In this document: positions 20,457-30,509 of the stretch, piece after piece
Numbering within the stretch: position 1 is the first letter of the stretch
Layout of the letters: every line of letters starts with the position of its first letter
Assembly (NCBI GenBank): GCA_963842085.1
Contig: CAWJET010000001.1
Coordinates: forward strand, 2,848,001 to 2,912,000
DNA from: an uncultured delta proteobacterium
Lineage (GTDB): Bacteria > Desulfobacterota > Binatia > Binatales > Binataceae
Reading direction: 5' to 3'
Length of the DNA: 64,000 nt
Position numbers and translations under genes: made by a program
Notes under the pieces: model-generated
Databases searched by the model: none
The model's input: the letters and a program-made list of their open reading frames with translations, nothing else
Told to the model about the DNA's origin: nothing

Positions 20457-21833
20457 CTATCGCAGCGGGACGGTCGCTCGGTGCGGATCTTCTTTGTGGA
20501 GCGCCAGCGTCACGACGAACGCGGATCCTCCCGTCGGAAGATTCGCGGCGGCGATGTCGCCACCATGCGCCCGCGCAATTTCCCGGCACAGGCTCAAGCC
20601 CAGCCCACTGCCTTCGCCGGGCGACCCTGCGCCGCGAAAAAATCGATCGAAAATGTGCGGCAGCTCAGCTGGATGGATTCCCTCGCCGGTGTCGGCGACG
20701 CGGATAATCGCGCGATTCGCGTCGCTCTTCAGCCCAACCTCGATCGAGCCGCCGGCCGGCGTGAACTTGAGCGCGTTGTCGAGCAGGTTAACGATCAGGC
20801 GGCGCAAGTGCGCCTCGTTGCCATTGACGAAAACGTCCGCGGGCGCATTGACCGTCAGTTTTAGCTCGCGCGCCTGCGCCAGCGGTCCGACCGTCGCGCC
20901 TATCTCGCTCAACAGTGCGCGAAGATTCAGCTTCTGCCGATCCACCATTACTTCGCCATTGAGCCGCGACAGCATCAGCAGTTCGTCGGCAATCCTGCAC
21001 AGCGACAGCGCCTCGCGATGCGCCGCGCCAAGGGCAGCGCGATTTTCCTCGGCCGTGCGATCGCGCGCGAGCGCTACTTCCAGCCCCGTGCGCAGCACCG
21101 CCAGCGGTGTCCGCAGCTCATGCGCCGCATCGGACGCGAACCGGCGCTCCGTAGCCGACGCGCGCTCCAGGCGCTCCAGCAATGCATTGATGACCGCGCT
21201 GAGCCGCGCGACTTCATCAGCCACCGGCGGGACCGTCAGCCGCGAGCTCAGATTGGTCGGCCCGATCGCGTCGAGCTCCGCCGTCACCGATTCGATCGGC
21301 CGTAGCGCCCGGGCCGCCAGCAGGTATCCGCCCCCGACGCAAAGCAGGAGCACGATCGGCACCATCAGCAGTAGCAGGTTGCGCAGGCTGCTCACCGATT
21401 CCTCAACCAGGCCCGCCTGCACTCCGCTTTGCAGGTACGCGAGCTCGCCGTTGTACATCATCGGAACGACCGCGAACCTGAAGGCTTGGTTGCCGACGAT
21501 CGCCGGGTGCGTGGGGAGCGAGGGATCGAACGGGGGCGGGATCGTGTGGACAGCGCCGAAGTTCCCCACCTCGCCATGCGCCGTGACGATTCGCACGCGC
21601 CGGCCGGGCCCGATATCGGTCTCTAGGCTCAGCCGCTGCAGGATTCCAATCGCGCTTGACGAGCCGCTGCGCTGGATCTGATCGGCGGTGTTCTCGGCCT
21701 CCTCCAGCAGCGCCGCGTCCAGCGCGCTGAACTGCTGGCGCGCGAAAAGTTTCACCGCGGCGATCGCCGCGACCAGCAAAATCGCCGCCAGCACCGCGGC
21801 CCAGTAAATGGTCAGCCTGAGTCTGATCGTCAT
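20457..21833 (-). CDS. Sensor histidine kinase (2 TM, HAMP, HisKA, HATPase)
   Basis: AAHELRTPL, NLLDNALKF, DTGEG, GSGLGL. Confidence 0.95.
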   Translation of the reverse strand: MTIRLRLTIYWAAVLAAILLVAAIAAVKLFARQQFSALDAALLEEAENTADQIQRSGSSSAIGILQRLSLETDIGPGRRVRIVTAHGEVGNFGAVHTIPPPFDPSLPTHPAIVGNQAFRFAVVPMMYNGELAYLQSGVQAGLVEESVSSLRNLLLLMVPIVLLLCVGGGYLLAARALRPIESVTAELDAIGPTNLSSRLTVPPVADEVARLSAVINALLERLERASATERRFASDAAHELRTPLAVLRTGLEVALARDRTAEENRAALGAAHREALSLCRIADELLMLSRLNGEVMVDRQKLNLRALLSEIGATVGPLAQARELKLTVNAPADVFVNGNEAHLRRLIVNLLDNALKFTPAGGSIEVGLKSDANRAIIRVADTGEGIHPAELPHIFDRFFRGAGSPGEGSGLGLSLCREIARAHGGDIAAANLPTGGSAFVVTLALHKEDPHRATVPLR

Positions 21834-21861
21834 CGGCGGCCAGCGTGCGGCGGCTGCGGCG

Positions 21862-22542
21862 TCATTCCGCGCGCATCGTGTATCCGACTCCGCGCACGGT
21901 GACTATCAGCGAGCGATCGGCGCGCGGATCGATCTTCTGCCGCAATCGATTGACGAAAACTTCGATCAGGTTGGTCAGCGCGTTGTAGTTCGAATCCCAG
22001 ACGGTCTCCGCGATCATGTCGCGCGTCACCACCTGTCCGGCGTTTCGCATCAGCAATTCGAGCAGCATCTTTTCCTTCGGCGACAGGTTCAGATTGTGCT
22101 CGCCGATTTTCGCGCGCCGCTTAACGGTGTCGAATTCCAGGTCACCGACCTTGAGAATCGGCGATGCAGGGGTCCGCGGACGCCGCGCCAACGCCTTGAT
22201 TCTCGCCACCAGCTCGGCAAACGCGAACGGCTTGACCAGGTAGTCGTCGCCGCCCGTGTCGAGTCCGGCCACGCGTTCCTCCAACGCGCCGCGCGCGGTC
22301 AGGATCAATACCGGCGTCTGATTGCCCGCCGCGCGCATCTCGCGCAGCAGGTCCAGCCCGTTTTTCCCAGGCAACCCCACGTCCAGTACGATTAGATCGA
22401 GCGCGCCGCGCGCGACTATCGGCTCGGCCTCCTCCGCACTCCCTGCCAGTTCGACCGCGAAGCCGTCCTCGACGAGTCCTTGCTTGACCGCGGTGGCCAG
22501 CCGAGTCTCGTCCTCGATCACCAGTATCCGAAGCGCATTCAT
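21862..22542 (-). CDS. OmpR-family response regulator
   Basis: ILVIEDE, LDVGLPG, DDYLVKPF, TVRGVGY; start at MNALRIL. Confidence 0.95.
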   Translation of the reverse strand: MNALRILVIEDETRLATAVKQGLVEDGFAVELAGSAEEAEPIVARGALDLIVLDVGLPGKNGLDLLREMRAAGNQTPVLILTARGALEERVAGLDTGGDDYLVKPFAFAELVARIKALARRPRTPASPILKVGDLEFDTVKRRAKIGEHNLNLSPKEKMLLELLMRNAGQVVTRDMIAETVWDSNYNALTNLIEVFVNRLRQKIDPRADRSLIVTVRGVGYTMRAE

Positions 22543-22595
22543 ACCCCCCGATGCTGGCACGCCGCCGCCTCCAAAAAAAGCGTGCGCCCACCCCG

Positions 22596-23231
22596 TCAGA
22601 TCGCCAGCGAGAGTACTCCGGCTGCCACCAGCGCGCCTGCCCAGATTGTGTCCAGGTTGATCCAGGCGCTGCGCAGGATCGCCAGCCCGACCCACTCATA
22701 AACCAGGATCGCGATTACCCCGGTCACCGCGATCATTGCGCCCGTATGCACCAGCACTACCGCTAATGCCTGCGCGACGGTATGCGCGTGAGCCGCAGTC
22801 ATGTGATGCGCGTGCGGAGAATTCGGCGTCATCCCGATCAATATCGGGAACAGCATCAGGCCCGCGCCATGCGCCGACGCCATCAGGAACGACCACAGCG
22901 CGAGCTCCGCCGCGTTCACCCGCATCGCAACCCAGCGCGGATGCGCGCGCGGCCAGAAAAAGCGGAACAGCCCGAACAGGATCAGCGCGGTCGCGCCGAT
23001 TGGGCGAAGAAGATCGATGGCGAAGAACAGCCGCAGTCCGCCGATTATCGCAACGACGGCTGCGATGGACACGAGATGTCCCAGCGCGATTGGACCAAGC
23101 GCCCAAATGACCTTCGAGCGCCGCCGCTCCTGCAGCCCAAGCGCCACCGCGAACAGCCAGCCCATCGACGGATCGACGCCGTGATACGCGCCGAGCGCCG
23201 CGACCGCGATCCACGGCCAAGCCGGCGTCAC
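22596..23231 (-). CDS. His-rich polytopic membrane protein coupled to the SBP56 gene
   Basis: GTG overlaps SBP56 TGA (GTGA); about 6 TM; GAYHG, IALGH, ASAHG, PHAHH, VHT. Confidence 0.8.
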   Translation of the reverse strand: MTPAWPWIAVAALGAYHGVDPSMGWLFAVALGLQERRRSKVIWALGPIALGHLVSIAAVVAIIGGLRLFFAIDLLRPIGATALILFGLFRFFWPRAHPRWVAMRVNAAELALWSFLMASAHGAGLMLFPILIGMTPNSPHAHHMTAAHAHTVAQALAVVLVHTGAMIAVTGVIAILVYEWVGLAILRSAWINLDTIWAGALVAAGVLSLAI

Positions 23232-24619
23232 GGATAGCAGAACGAGTCGGACGACGAATCGCCGCCCTCGAGGCGAATCTGATGCGCCCGCTCGCCATCG
23301 AAGGTCGTGAAGAAGTTCGGATCGATCGTCATCCCGCCCGCCGGCGCGCAATCGATCTTCGCGACCCAGCCGCGCACACCCTCGGGATAGAACTGCGCGT
23401 CCCACGCCCCGTACAGCGAGTTCGACAGGTAAACGCGCCGCCCGTCGCGGCTCAGCTCGATCATCTGCGACGCGCCGTTGAGCGGCCCGCTCTTCGGATG
23501 CTTGCCGTGCGACACGATTCCGCCCAGCCGCACCGTGCCCGTCAGCTTGGGCTTGAACGGGTCGCTCACGTCGTATTGCTTCAGGTCGCCGGTGCCGAAG
23601 CACGCGACGTACAGGAACTTGTCGTCGAGACTCAGGTTGATGTCGGTGATAAGCGGCGGCACCGCCTTGAACGGTTTGAGCGCCGGCGGCAACTGGCTCT
23701 CGTCAGCGGGCTCGGCGGGAATTTCGATCACCTTGCGGACTTTCCAGTCGCCGCCGTCGCGATGCCACAGCCAGATCGACGCCGACAAGTCCTTGGTCGA
23801 GATCACCACGCCGACGAAGCCGTAGGTCTTGGTCGGATCGTGCGATGGGCGCAGCTCGAGCACCAGTTGATGCTCGGCGCCGAGGTCGAGCGCCTTCAGA
23901 TGGCGGCGGTTGCGCAGATTCCAGATATGAATCGCATGTCCGTACTTGTTCCCGAGCAGCAGTTCGGGCACCACGCCGTTTTCGATCATGTTCGGCGTGC
24001 CCCATTCGCTGGTGATGGCCACGTCCCAGCCGAGATGCCACCAGAAATCGTAAGCGAACCACTGCGGCCCGCGCTCGACTTCCCATCGCCCGAGCACGTC
24101 GAAGCTTTCGTGGTCGAGCAGGAAAATTCCGCCAGGCCCGTCGCCCTTCGGATTGCCCAGCGCGCTCACGTAAATCGCGTCGGGTCCGCAATGCACCGTA
24201 TGCGGCCGGCTGTAGCCCGCGCGCGCCGCGATCTCCTCGGCCTCGATCGTCTTCACCAGCTTCGGCTTGCGCGCGTCGGGCTTGGTGTCGAAAACGTAAA
24301 TCCGCGACGAGCGCAGTCCCGGCACCAGCAGGTAGCGCCGCTCTATATGCGGATGCGGCGCATACGGACACAGCGCCGCGCTGCACGCGTTCCAGCCAAA
24401 GTGATGCAGCTCGTCGCCGGCGTTCGGCACTTCGGAGCGCCCGACCACGTGCGAGTAGGTCTTCGATTTCGGGTCGAGATCGAGCACGCACAGCGCGTCA
24501 TGCTTGCCGTTGGCGGGCGTCGGGTTGAACGCCACGACGTAGCCGAGCTGCTCGCGCGGCGCCTGCATCGCCATTCGCGCCGAAGGATAAAACGTCTGAT
24601 CGGGTTTCCATAGCGCCAT
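23228..24619 (-). CDS. Selenium-binding protein SBP56 / methanethiol oxidase family
   Basis: GDELHHFGWNACS, PHTVHC, YDFWW, SEWGTP, LSLDDKFLYV, GGDSSSD; no signal peptide. Confidence 0.93.
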   Translation of the reverse strand: MALWKPDQTFYPSARMAMQAPREQLGYVVAFNPTPANGKHDALCVLDLDPKSKTYSHVVGRSEVPNAGDELHHFGWNACSAALCPYAPHPHIERRYLLVPGLRSSRIYVFDTKPDARKPKLVKTIEAEEIAARAGYSRPHTVHCGPDAIYVSALGNPKGDGPGGIFLLDHESFDVLGRWEVERGPQWFAYDFWWHLGWDVAITSEWGTPNMIENGVVPELLLGNKYGHAIHIWNLRNRRHLKALDLGAEHQLVLELRPSHDPTKTYGFVGVVISTKDLSASIWLWHRDGGDWKVRKVIEIPAEPADESQLPPALKPFKAVPPLITDINLSLDDKFLYVACFGTGDLKQYDVSDPFKPKLTGTVRLGGIVSHGKHPKSGPLNGASQMIELSRDGRRVYLSNSLYGAWDAQFYPEGVRGWVAKIDCAPAGGMTIDPNFFTTFDGERAHQIRLEGGDSSSDSFCYP

Positions 24620-24790
24620 GTATTCGCACCGCCTTCCGGATGATGCTTCCGACCGTAGCCAACCCGCCGAGTCTCAGGCAAGCCTTACCACCAACACCGA
24701 TGCGCGAAATCGTTGCCCTACGCGCCGTTGCTTGATGTAACATCGCGATGGCGCCGGCACGGCGACTACCCAATCGGGATGCAACGAAAA

Positions 24791-25606
24791 ATGCCGATGG
24801 AAGACAAAACCGTTCTCTACGAGAAGCACGACCGCATTGCCAAAGTCATCCTCAACCGCCCGCGCTACAAGAACGCGCAATCGCGGCGCCTGCTTGAGGA
24901 AATGGACGCCGCCTTCGCCGAGGCCAACGCCGACGACGACGTCCGCGTCATCATTCTCGCCGGCGCCGGCGACAATTTCTGCTCCGGCCACGACCTCGGG
25001 ACGCCCGAGGAAAAAGAGGATCAGGCGCGCCGCCCGTTTCCCAAGGGCGTGCGCGGCGAGTACGCCCGCTCGCGCCAGATGTTCCTCGACAACACGCTGC
25101 GATGGCGCGATCTGGACAAGCCCACCATTGCCCAGGTCCAGGGCTTGTGCATCTTCGGCGGCTGGATGTTCGCGGCCGCGATGGATCTCATCGTCGCTTC
25201 CGACGACGCGAAGTTCCTGCCCGCGCTCCTGCAATACTTCTCCATCCCGTGGGACATTCCGCCGCGCAAGGCCAAGGAAATCCTTTTCCAGAGCCGCTTC
25301 GTCGACGCCGAAGAGGCCGCCCGCCTCGGCTTTGTCAACATGGTGGTGCCGCGCGCCCAACTCGAGGCTGAAACGATGGCGCTCGCGAATCGAATTGCGG
25401 AGAGCGACCGCTTCACGCTCCGCATGGTCAAGTGGGCGGTGAATTCCGCGCAGGACGCGATGGGCTTCAGCACCGCGATTCGTAACGCCCATTCGCATCA
25501 CATGATTCTCGGCATCGGCGGCCTGATTCAGGCCAAAATGCAGGGCAAGGAGCTGCCCAAGCGGATGCCGGGGGTCGAGCAGGCGCTCAAGAAAGTACGG
25601 AGGTAG
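24791..25606 (+). CDS. Enoyl-CoA hydratase/isomerase family
   Basis: LNRP..NA, FCSGHDL, KPTIAQVQG..GG. Confidence 0.9.
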   Translation: MPMEDKTVLYEKHDRIAKVILNRPRYKNAQSRRLLEEMDAAFAEANADDDVRVIILAGAGDNFCSGHDLGTPEEKEDQARRPFPKGVRGEYARSRQMFLDNTLRWRDLDKPTIAQVQGLCIFGGWMFAAAMDLIVASDDAKFLPALLQYFSIPWDIPPRKAKEILFQSRFVDAEEAARLGFVNMVVPRAQLEAETMALANRIAESDRFTLRMVKWAVNSAQDAMGFSTAIRNAHSHHMILGIGGLIQAKMQGKELPKRMPGVEQALKKVRR

Positions 25607-25698
25607 GGCGCCGATCCCGGCGCTTGGCTCGCTTACGGGAACTTGCTAGACTTTAGCGTCGCTGGAATGGACAGTCTGTTCCGTACTCGCGGGGATTA

Positions 25699-26241
25699 GT
25701 GGAAGTTTCGCGGCGTAGCTTTCTGAGAATGGGCGCGATTGCCGCTGCACAACTCGTTGTGCCAGCGGCCGCGCTTGCGCGCACGACCGTCCAGCTTCGT
25801 CGCCGTTCGCTCAAGTTCCACGCCCTGCACACCGGCGAGAGTCTGACCACGACCTACTGGGAGAACGGCCGCTACGTCCCGGAAGAACTCGACCGAATCA
25901 ACTACATCCTGCGCGATTTCCGCGCCAACGAAATAAAACCGATCGATCCCGCGCTGCTCGATCTGCTGACCCGGATCCAGTATGGATTAAGCACCAACGA
26001 GCCGTTCCAGGTGATTTCCGGATACCGCTCGCCGGTGACCAACGCGATGCTCCATGCGAACAGCGAAGGCGTCGCCGTCCACAGCCTTCACATCGAAGGC
26101 AAGGCGATCGATATTTCCGTCCCGGGGCGCACCCTCGAACAGCTCCGCGGCGCCGCTCTGGCGCAGCGCTCCGGCGGCGTCGGCTACTACCCGCGCACCG
26201 GCTTCGTCCACGTCGACACCGGCCGCGTCCGCTTCTGGTAA
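25699..26241 (+). CDS. YcbK/DUF882 (MepK-like) peptidase M15, Tat-exported
   Basis: SRRSFL Tat motif, SGYRSP.TN, SLH..GKAID, GGVGYY, FVHVDTG. Confidence 0.92.
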   Translation: MEVSRRSFLRMGAIAAAQLVVPAAALARTTVQLRRRSLKFHALHTGESLTTTYWENGRYVPEELDRINYILRDFRANEIKPIDPALLDLLTRIQYGLSTNEPFQVISGYRSPVTNAMLHANSEGVAVHSLHIEGKAIDISVPGRTLEQLRGAALAQRSGGVGYYPRTGFVHVDTGRVRFW

Positions 26242-26253
26242 CCATCTATTTTG

Positions 26254-26292
26254 GTTCCACTTCCACCTGGGGAAGGGGTTTAGGGTTAGGTT
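26254..26292 (-). repeat. REP-like hairpin (CCCCTTCC..GGAAG..AAC)
   Basis: Resembles 62441-62472; lies between convergent genes. Confidence 0.5.
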
Positions 26293-26293
26293 C

Positions 26294-27037
26294 CTACTTC
26301 GTCGCGACCGCTACCAGCCGCTCCGCGCGATTGTCGTACGGCGAACCGCTCAAGCTGCCGAATAGTTCAACTTCGCGGAATCCCGCCTGCTTCAACACTT
26401 CCCTGATCTCGGCGCCCGAGTAAGGCCGGCACGAGAACGTCAGCTCCATCCGCCTCTTTCGCCCGATCATCGTCCAATGACTCTCGAGCCAATCCCATCC
26501 GCTCCTGAGTTTGCGTTCCTGCAGCAGGATCGCGCCGTCGGGCAATCGCTCCCAGGTCCGCTCGTTAAAGTTGCGCGCCAAGACTTCCTTGCCCATCATT
26601 TCGATCACAAGGCGCGCGTTGGCTTTCAACGCATCATGAAGGTTCCGTGCGACCAGCAAGTCTTCGGCCTGGTCGGCAAAGTAGCCGAACGAGGTCACGC
26701 AGTTGATTGCGCCGTCGAAGGCGTTCGTCCGCCTGAACGTGCGCATGTCCTCCTGCACCCATTCGACGGTCACGCCTTCCTTGCGGGCGCTGGCTTCCGC
26801 GCGATCGAGAAATGCCCGTGTGCGATCGACTCCGGTTATGGCCAGCCCGCGCCGCGCCAGCGCGATCGAATGCCGACCGATACCGCAGCACAGATCGAGC
26901 ACGCTCTGGCCGGGCGCGACGCCGAGCAGTTTGATTAGTCCGTCGGCCTGCGCGCCGGAACTCTCGACCCGCTCAGGCGTGAAGAAGAAGGGTGCGAAGC
27001 TCTCCCAGAATTCGTCGTCTTCGTACCACTCGGGCAT
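26294..27037 (-). CDS. Class I SAM-dependent methyltransferase
   Basis: VLDLCCGIGRH, TGVD, TSFGYF. Confidence 0.9.
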   Translation of the reverse strand: MPEWYEDDEFWESFAPFFFTPERVESSGAQADGLIKLLGVAPGQSVLDLCCGIGRHSIALARRGLAITGVDRTRAFLDRAEASARKEGVTVEWVQEDMRTFRRTNAFDGAINCVTSFGYFADQAEDLLVARNLHDALKANARLVIEMMGKEVLARNFNERTWERLPDGAILLQERKLRSGWDWLESHWTMIGRKRRMELTFSCRPYSGAEIREVLKQAGFREVELFGSLSGSPYDNRAERLVAVATK

Positions 27038-27043
27038 TGCGCG

Positions 27044-27931
27044 CTACAGCGTCCGCCGCAGAAAATCGAACATCTTGTCGAGTCCTTGCCGGCAGCCCGA
27101 CAGCACGTCCATCTGCAGAAAGCCGTGCGGCATATCCTCGAAGATTGCCACTTCGTGCCGGATATCGGCGCGCTTGAGCGCGTCCGCCATCGCATGCGCC
27201 TCCGGCAACAGCGTGTCAGCGGTGCCGCATATGATGAAGCTCGGCGGCATCGCGCCCGGCTTCACCGCGCGTAGCGGGCTGACTCGAGGGTCCTCGAGAA
27301 TCGCGGGATAACCCGTGCCCGCGTACGCCTTTGCCATTCCCTCGAACGCGGCATTGCTGTCGCGTTTGAGTGCCGCGGGAAAATCGAACACCCCATAAAT
27401 CAGCAGCGCCGCCTTCGGCTTCGGACCGGCGTATTTCTCCGCTGCAATCGACGTAAGCGCCGCCGCGGCAAGATTGCCGCCCGCGGAATCGCCGCCGACC
27501 GCCAGCCGCGAACCGTCGCCGTTCCATCGCTTCGCGTTTTCACCCGTCCACTTCACCGCGTACACGCAATCGTCGAGACCCGCGGGAAATGGATGCTCGG
27601 GCGCGAGGCGGTAATCGACATTGATCGTCAGGCATCCGGCTTCGGCGAATTGCATCCCGAGCTTGCGATGCGTCTTAGGGCTGCCTCCGATCCATCCGCC
27701 GCCGTGCAGATATACGACCACGGGATACGGTCCCGCTCCCTTGGGCACCGCAACATCAGCGGTGAGCCCCGGCCGGAGTTCGACGCCCTCGTGAAGTGCG
27801 CCAATCTCAGGAGGATTCGAATTCATCAGCGGCGCGAAAGTATCCATCGCCGCGCGCAGGCCCTTAACATCGGTCGGAATCGGAGCCTTGGCGATAGCAT
27901 CAAGAAAAGCGCGTTCCTGTTCGGTAAGCAT
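27044..27931 (-). CDS. Alpha/beta hydrolase, HSL-family esterase
   Basis: HGGG, DYRLAPEHPFP, GDSAGG, HGF. Confidence 0.93.
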   Translation of the reverse strand: MLTEQERAFLDAIAKAPIPTDVKGLRAAMDTFAPLMNSNPPEIGALHEGVELRPGLTADVAVPKGAGPYPVVVYLHGGGWIGGSPKTHRKLGMQFAEAGCLTINVDYRLAPEHPFPAGLDDCVYAVKWTGENAKRWNGDGSRLAVGGDSAGGNLAAAALTSIAAEKYAGPKPKAALLIYGVFDFPAALKRDSNAAFEGMAKAYAGTGYPAILEDPRVSPLRAVKPGAMPPSFIICGTADTLLPEAHAMADALKRADIRHEVAIFEDMPHGFLQMDVLSGCRQGLDKMFDFLRRTL

Positions 27932-27950
27932 GAGGGCCTCCGTCTGTGGT

Positions 27951-27989
27951 CCCTCGCCCGTTACTTCACGGGAGAGGTTGGGTGAAGGG
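27951..27989 (-). repeat. REP-like palindromic element
   Basis: Reverse complement CCCTTCACCCAACCTCTCCCG..CGGGCGAGGG. Confidence 0.6.
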
Positions 27990-28015
27990 TTTGCGGCTCA
28001 GTTCGCCGCTGGCGG

Positions 28016-28348
28016 CTACTGCTGCGCGCCCGCCCCGAGCGCCGCCTTCACCATCGGCTCGAGTTCGCCGGTCTCGTGCAGCTCGCGAATGATGTCGCAG
28101 CCGCCGACGAACTTGCCGTCGATATAAACCTGCGGAATCGTCGGCCAGTTGCTGTAGCGCTTGATCGCGTCGCGCAACTCCGGATCGCTCAACACGTCCG
28201 CCGTCGCGTACGGCACGCCCAGCTCGTCGAAGATCGCCACTGTCGCGGCAGAGAAACCGCATTGCGGAAAGCTGCGGTTGCCCTTCATAAAAATCATGAT
28301 CTTGTTTTCTTTGACTGCCGATTCGATCTTTTCGATTATGTCCGCCAT
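28016..28348 (-). CDS. grxD: Monothiol glutaredoxin Grx4
   Basis: FMKG..PQCGFS, WPTIPQ, GGCD. Confidence 0.96.
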   Translation of the reverse strand: MADIIEKIESAVKENKIMIFMKGNRSFPQCGFSAATVAIFDELGVPYATADVLSDPELRDAIKRYSNWPTIPQVYIDGKFVGGCDIIRELHETGELEPMVKAALGAGAQQ

Positions 28349-28358
28349 TTTGATTCTG

Positions 28359-28604
28359 CTACCTCCGGTTCTGATACTGTGCCGGCGTCAACGTCTTGAG
28401 CGTCAGCGCATGCACCTGCGCCCGCATCGCATCACCCAGCGCCTTGTAGACCAGCTGATGCCGTTCGATTAGACCCTTGCCCTCGAAACTCGCGCTCACG
28501 ACGAGCGCCTCGAAATGGTCTCCGCCACCGGTGTAGTCGCGCACGTCGACCTGTGCGTCGGGAATCCCGCGCGCAATCATCGTCTCGATTTCCTTGGGGT
28601 CCAT
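28359..28604 (-). CDS. BolA/IbaG family protein
   Basis: DHFEA.VVS..FEGK..RHQLVY, HAL; adjacent to grxD. Confidence 0.95.
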   Translation of the reverse strand: MDPKEIETMIARGIPDAQVDVRDYTGGGDHFEALVVSASFEGKGLIERHQLVYKALGDAMRAQVHALTLKTLTPAQYQNRR

Positions 28605-28672
28605 CGCTGAACCGGCATCTTAACCCGCATCCCGCCCGGGAATCCACACGGCAGGGGATCGGCCCGGCTCGC

Positions 28673-29314
28673 TCACTTAAAATTAATGTTCTCGACGTGG
28701 CCGCTTTTCTCTTCCGGCTTCGATGGCGCGCCGCTGCCCTTGACGCCGTCGAGCAGTTGCTTGGCGCTCGCGGTTATTTCGCCCGCGTGGCCCGCGCCTA
28801 CTATTCGCGAAACTATTTTGCCGTCGGGTCCGAGGAACAGCGTTGTCGGTATCGCGTCGATCCCCAGGCTGTCGGTTAGCCGCTCGTCGGCCAGCGCGAT
28901 GGGATAGTTGATCCGGAACTCTTCGACGAATGGCGCGACCGCCTTCACCCCGTCGCCCTGGATCAGGTCGCACGAGACCCCGATGATCACCAAGCCGCGC
29001 GACTTGTTGTACTTGTTGTAGAGCGCGACCAGTTCGGGAATCTGCTTGCGGCACGGGCGGCACCAGGTTGCCCAGAAATCGACGATCACCGGATGGCCGC
29101 GGTAATGGCTCAGGTCGATTTGTTTGCCGTCGAGGCCGGGCGCGCTGAAGTCCAGGCCCTCGTCCGCCGGCGACGCGGCCGCTTGCGGCGTATCGAGCCG
29201 CAGCAGCGGCTTGGGCTTCTCGCCGAACAGGGAGTTGAAGTTGAAGAATGCGCCAGCGATCAGCGCCAGGGAGATCACGATCGCGAGCGCGCGCAGTCCC
29301 TGCCGGTTGCTCAT
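28673..29314 (-). CDS. TlpA-family thiol-disulfide reductase, membrane anchored
   Basis: N-terminal TM, DFWATWCRPC, IPTT; ATGA overlap with thiolase stop. Confidence 0.9.
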   Translation of the reverse strand: MSNRQGLRALAIVISLALIAGAFFNFNSLFGEKPKPLLRLDTPQAAASPADEGLDFSAPGLDGKQIDLSHYRGHPVIVDFWATWCRPCRKQIPELVALYNKYNKSRGLVIIGVSCDLIQGDGVKAVAPFVEEFRINYPIALADERLTDSLGIDAIPTTLFLGPDGKIVSRIVGAGHAGEITASAKQLLDGVKGSGAPSKPEEKSGHVENINFK

Positions 29315-30450
29315 ACCTGCTCGATTACCGTCGCGATACCCTGGCCGATGCCGATACACATCGTCGCCACCCCGAGGGGGACTCCGCGCCGGCGCATCTC
29401 ATGCGTCAGCGTCACGACCAGCCGCGCCCCGGAGCATCCGAGCGGATGCCCGAGTGCGACTGCGCCGCCGTTCACGTTGAGCCGCTCTTGGTCGATCTTG
29501 AGGTCGGTGTTGCAGGCCAGGACTTGCGCCGCGAACGCCTCGTTGATTTCCCACAGGTCGATGTCGCCGATTTTGAGTCCCGCACGCGCCAGTGCTTTGC
29601 GCGTCGAAGGCACCGGACCCCATCCCATAATTTCCGGACGGACTCCCGCGACCGCGGTCGCGCGAATCTTCGCCATCGGCTTTATTCCGAGCGCGCGCGC
29701 CCGCTCCGCGCTCATCAGCAGCACGGCGGCCGCGCCGTCGCTTATCTGCGACGAGTTGCCTGCGGTCACCTGGCCGTCGGGCTTGAATGAAGGCTTCAAC
29801 GCGGCCAGTTTTTCTATCGTGGTTTCGGCGCGCGGTCCCTGGTCGATATCGACGACCTGTCCGTCGGGCAACTTGACCGGAACGATTTCCTGCTTGAAGC
29901 GCTCGCGCGCTGCCACTGCACGCATATTCGAGCGCAGCGAGAACGCATCGGATTGCTCGCGCGTGATCTGGTACATGTCGGCCAGCCGCTCGGCCGTCAT
30001 TCCCATGAAGAACATGTCGCGCGGGAACATCTCGACCAGCTTGGGATTGGGCAGTATGCCCGAGCCCATCGCGACGTGCGTCATATGCTCGACGCCGCCG
30101 GCGATTGCGACCTCGCCCGCACCGGTCATTATTTCCTGCGCCGCGAAGTTTACCGCCTGCAGGCTCGACCCGCATTGGCGATCGACCGTCGTGCCCGCCG
30201 CCTCCACCGGCAGTCCGGATAACAGTCCGATCATTCGACCGACGTTGAGGCCCTGCTCGCCGGTCTGGTTCGCACATCCCCAGACCACGTCCTCGATCTC
30301 TTTGGGGTCGAGTTTCGGATTTTTTTCGAGCAGGCGCCGCACGCAGAACACGCCCAGGTCGTCGGCGCGGATGTCCTTGTAGTAGCCCTTGTCCTTGCCG
30401 GCCTTGCCAATCGGCACCCTGACTCCATCGACGATAACAACTTCGCGCAC
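29311..30450 (-). CDS. Acetyl-CoA C-acyltransferase (thiolase)
   Basis: RQCGSS, NEAF, GHPLG, CIGIG. Confidence 0.96.
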   Translation of the reverse strand: MREVVIVDGVRVPIGKAGKDKGYYKDIRADDLGVFCVRRLLEKNPKLDPKEIEDVVWGCANQTGEQGLNVGRMIGLLSGLPVEAAGTTVDRQCGSSLQAVNFAAQEIMTGAGEVAIAGGVEHMTHVAMGSGILPNPKLVEMFPRDMFFMGMTAERLADMYQITREQSDAFSLRSNMRAVAARERFKQEIVPVKLPDGQVVDIDQGPRAETTIEKLAALKPSFKPDGQVTAGNSSQISDGAAAVLLMSAERARALGIKPMAKIRATAVAGVRPEIMGWGPVPSTRKALARAGLKIGDIDLWEINEAFAAQVLACNTDLKIDQERLNVNGGAVALGHPLGCSGARLVVTLTHEMRRRGVPLGVATMCIGIGQGIATVIEQV

Positions 30451-30509
30451 GCTGCTCTCCTTTGGCGGTCGTGCGTCATTTCCGGGTGCGCGGCCGCAAA
30501 TCGTTAGCG

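Noticed and set aside
9695-29314. Selenocysteine recoding in redox genes near the selenium-binding protein
   Set aside because: The redoxin, Grx4 and TlpA active sites all use Cys codons; no in-frame TGA
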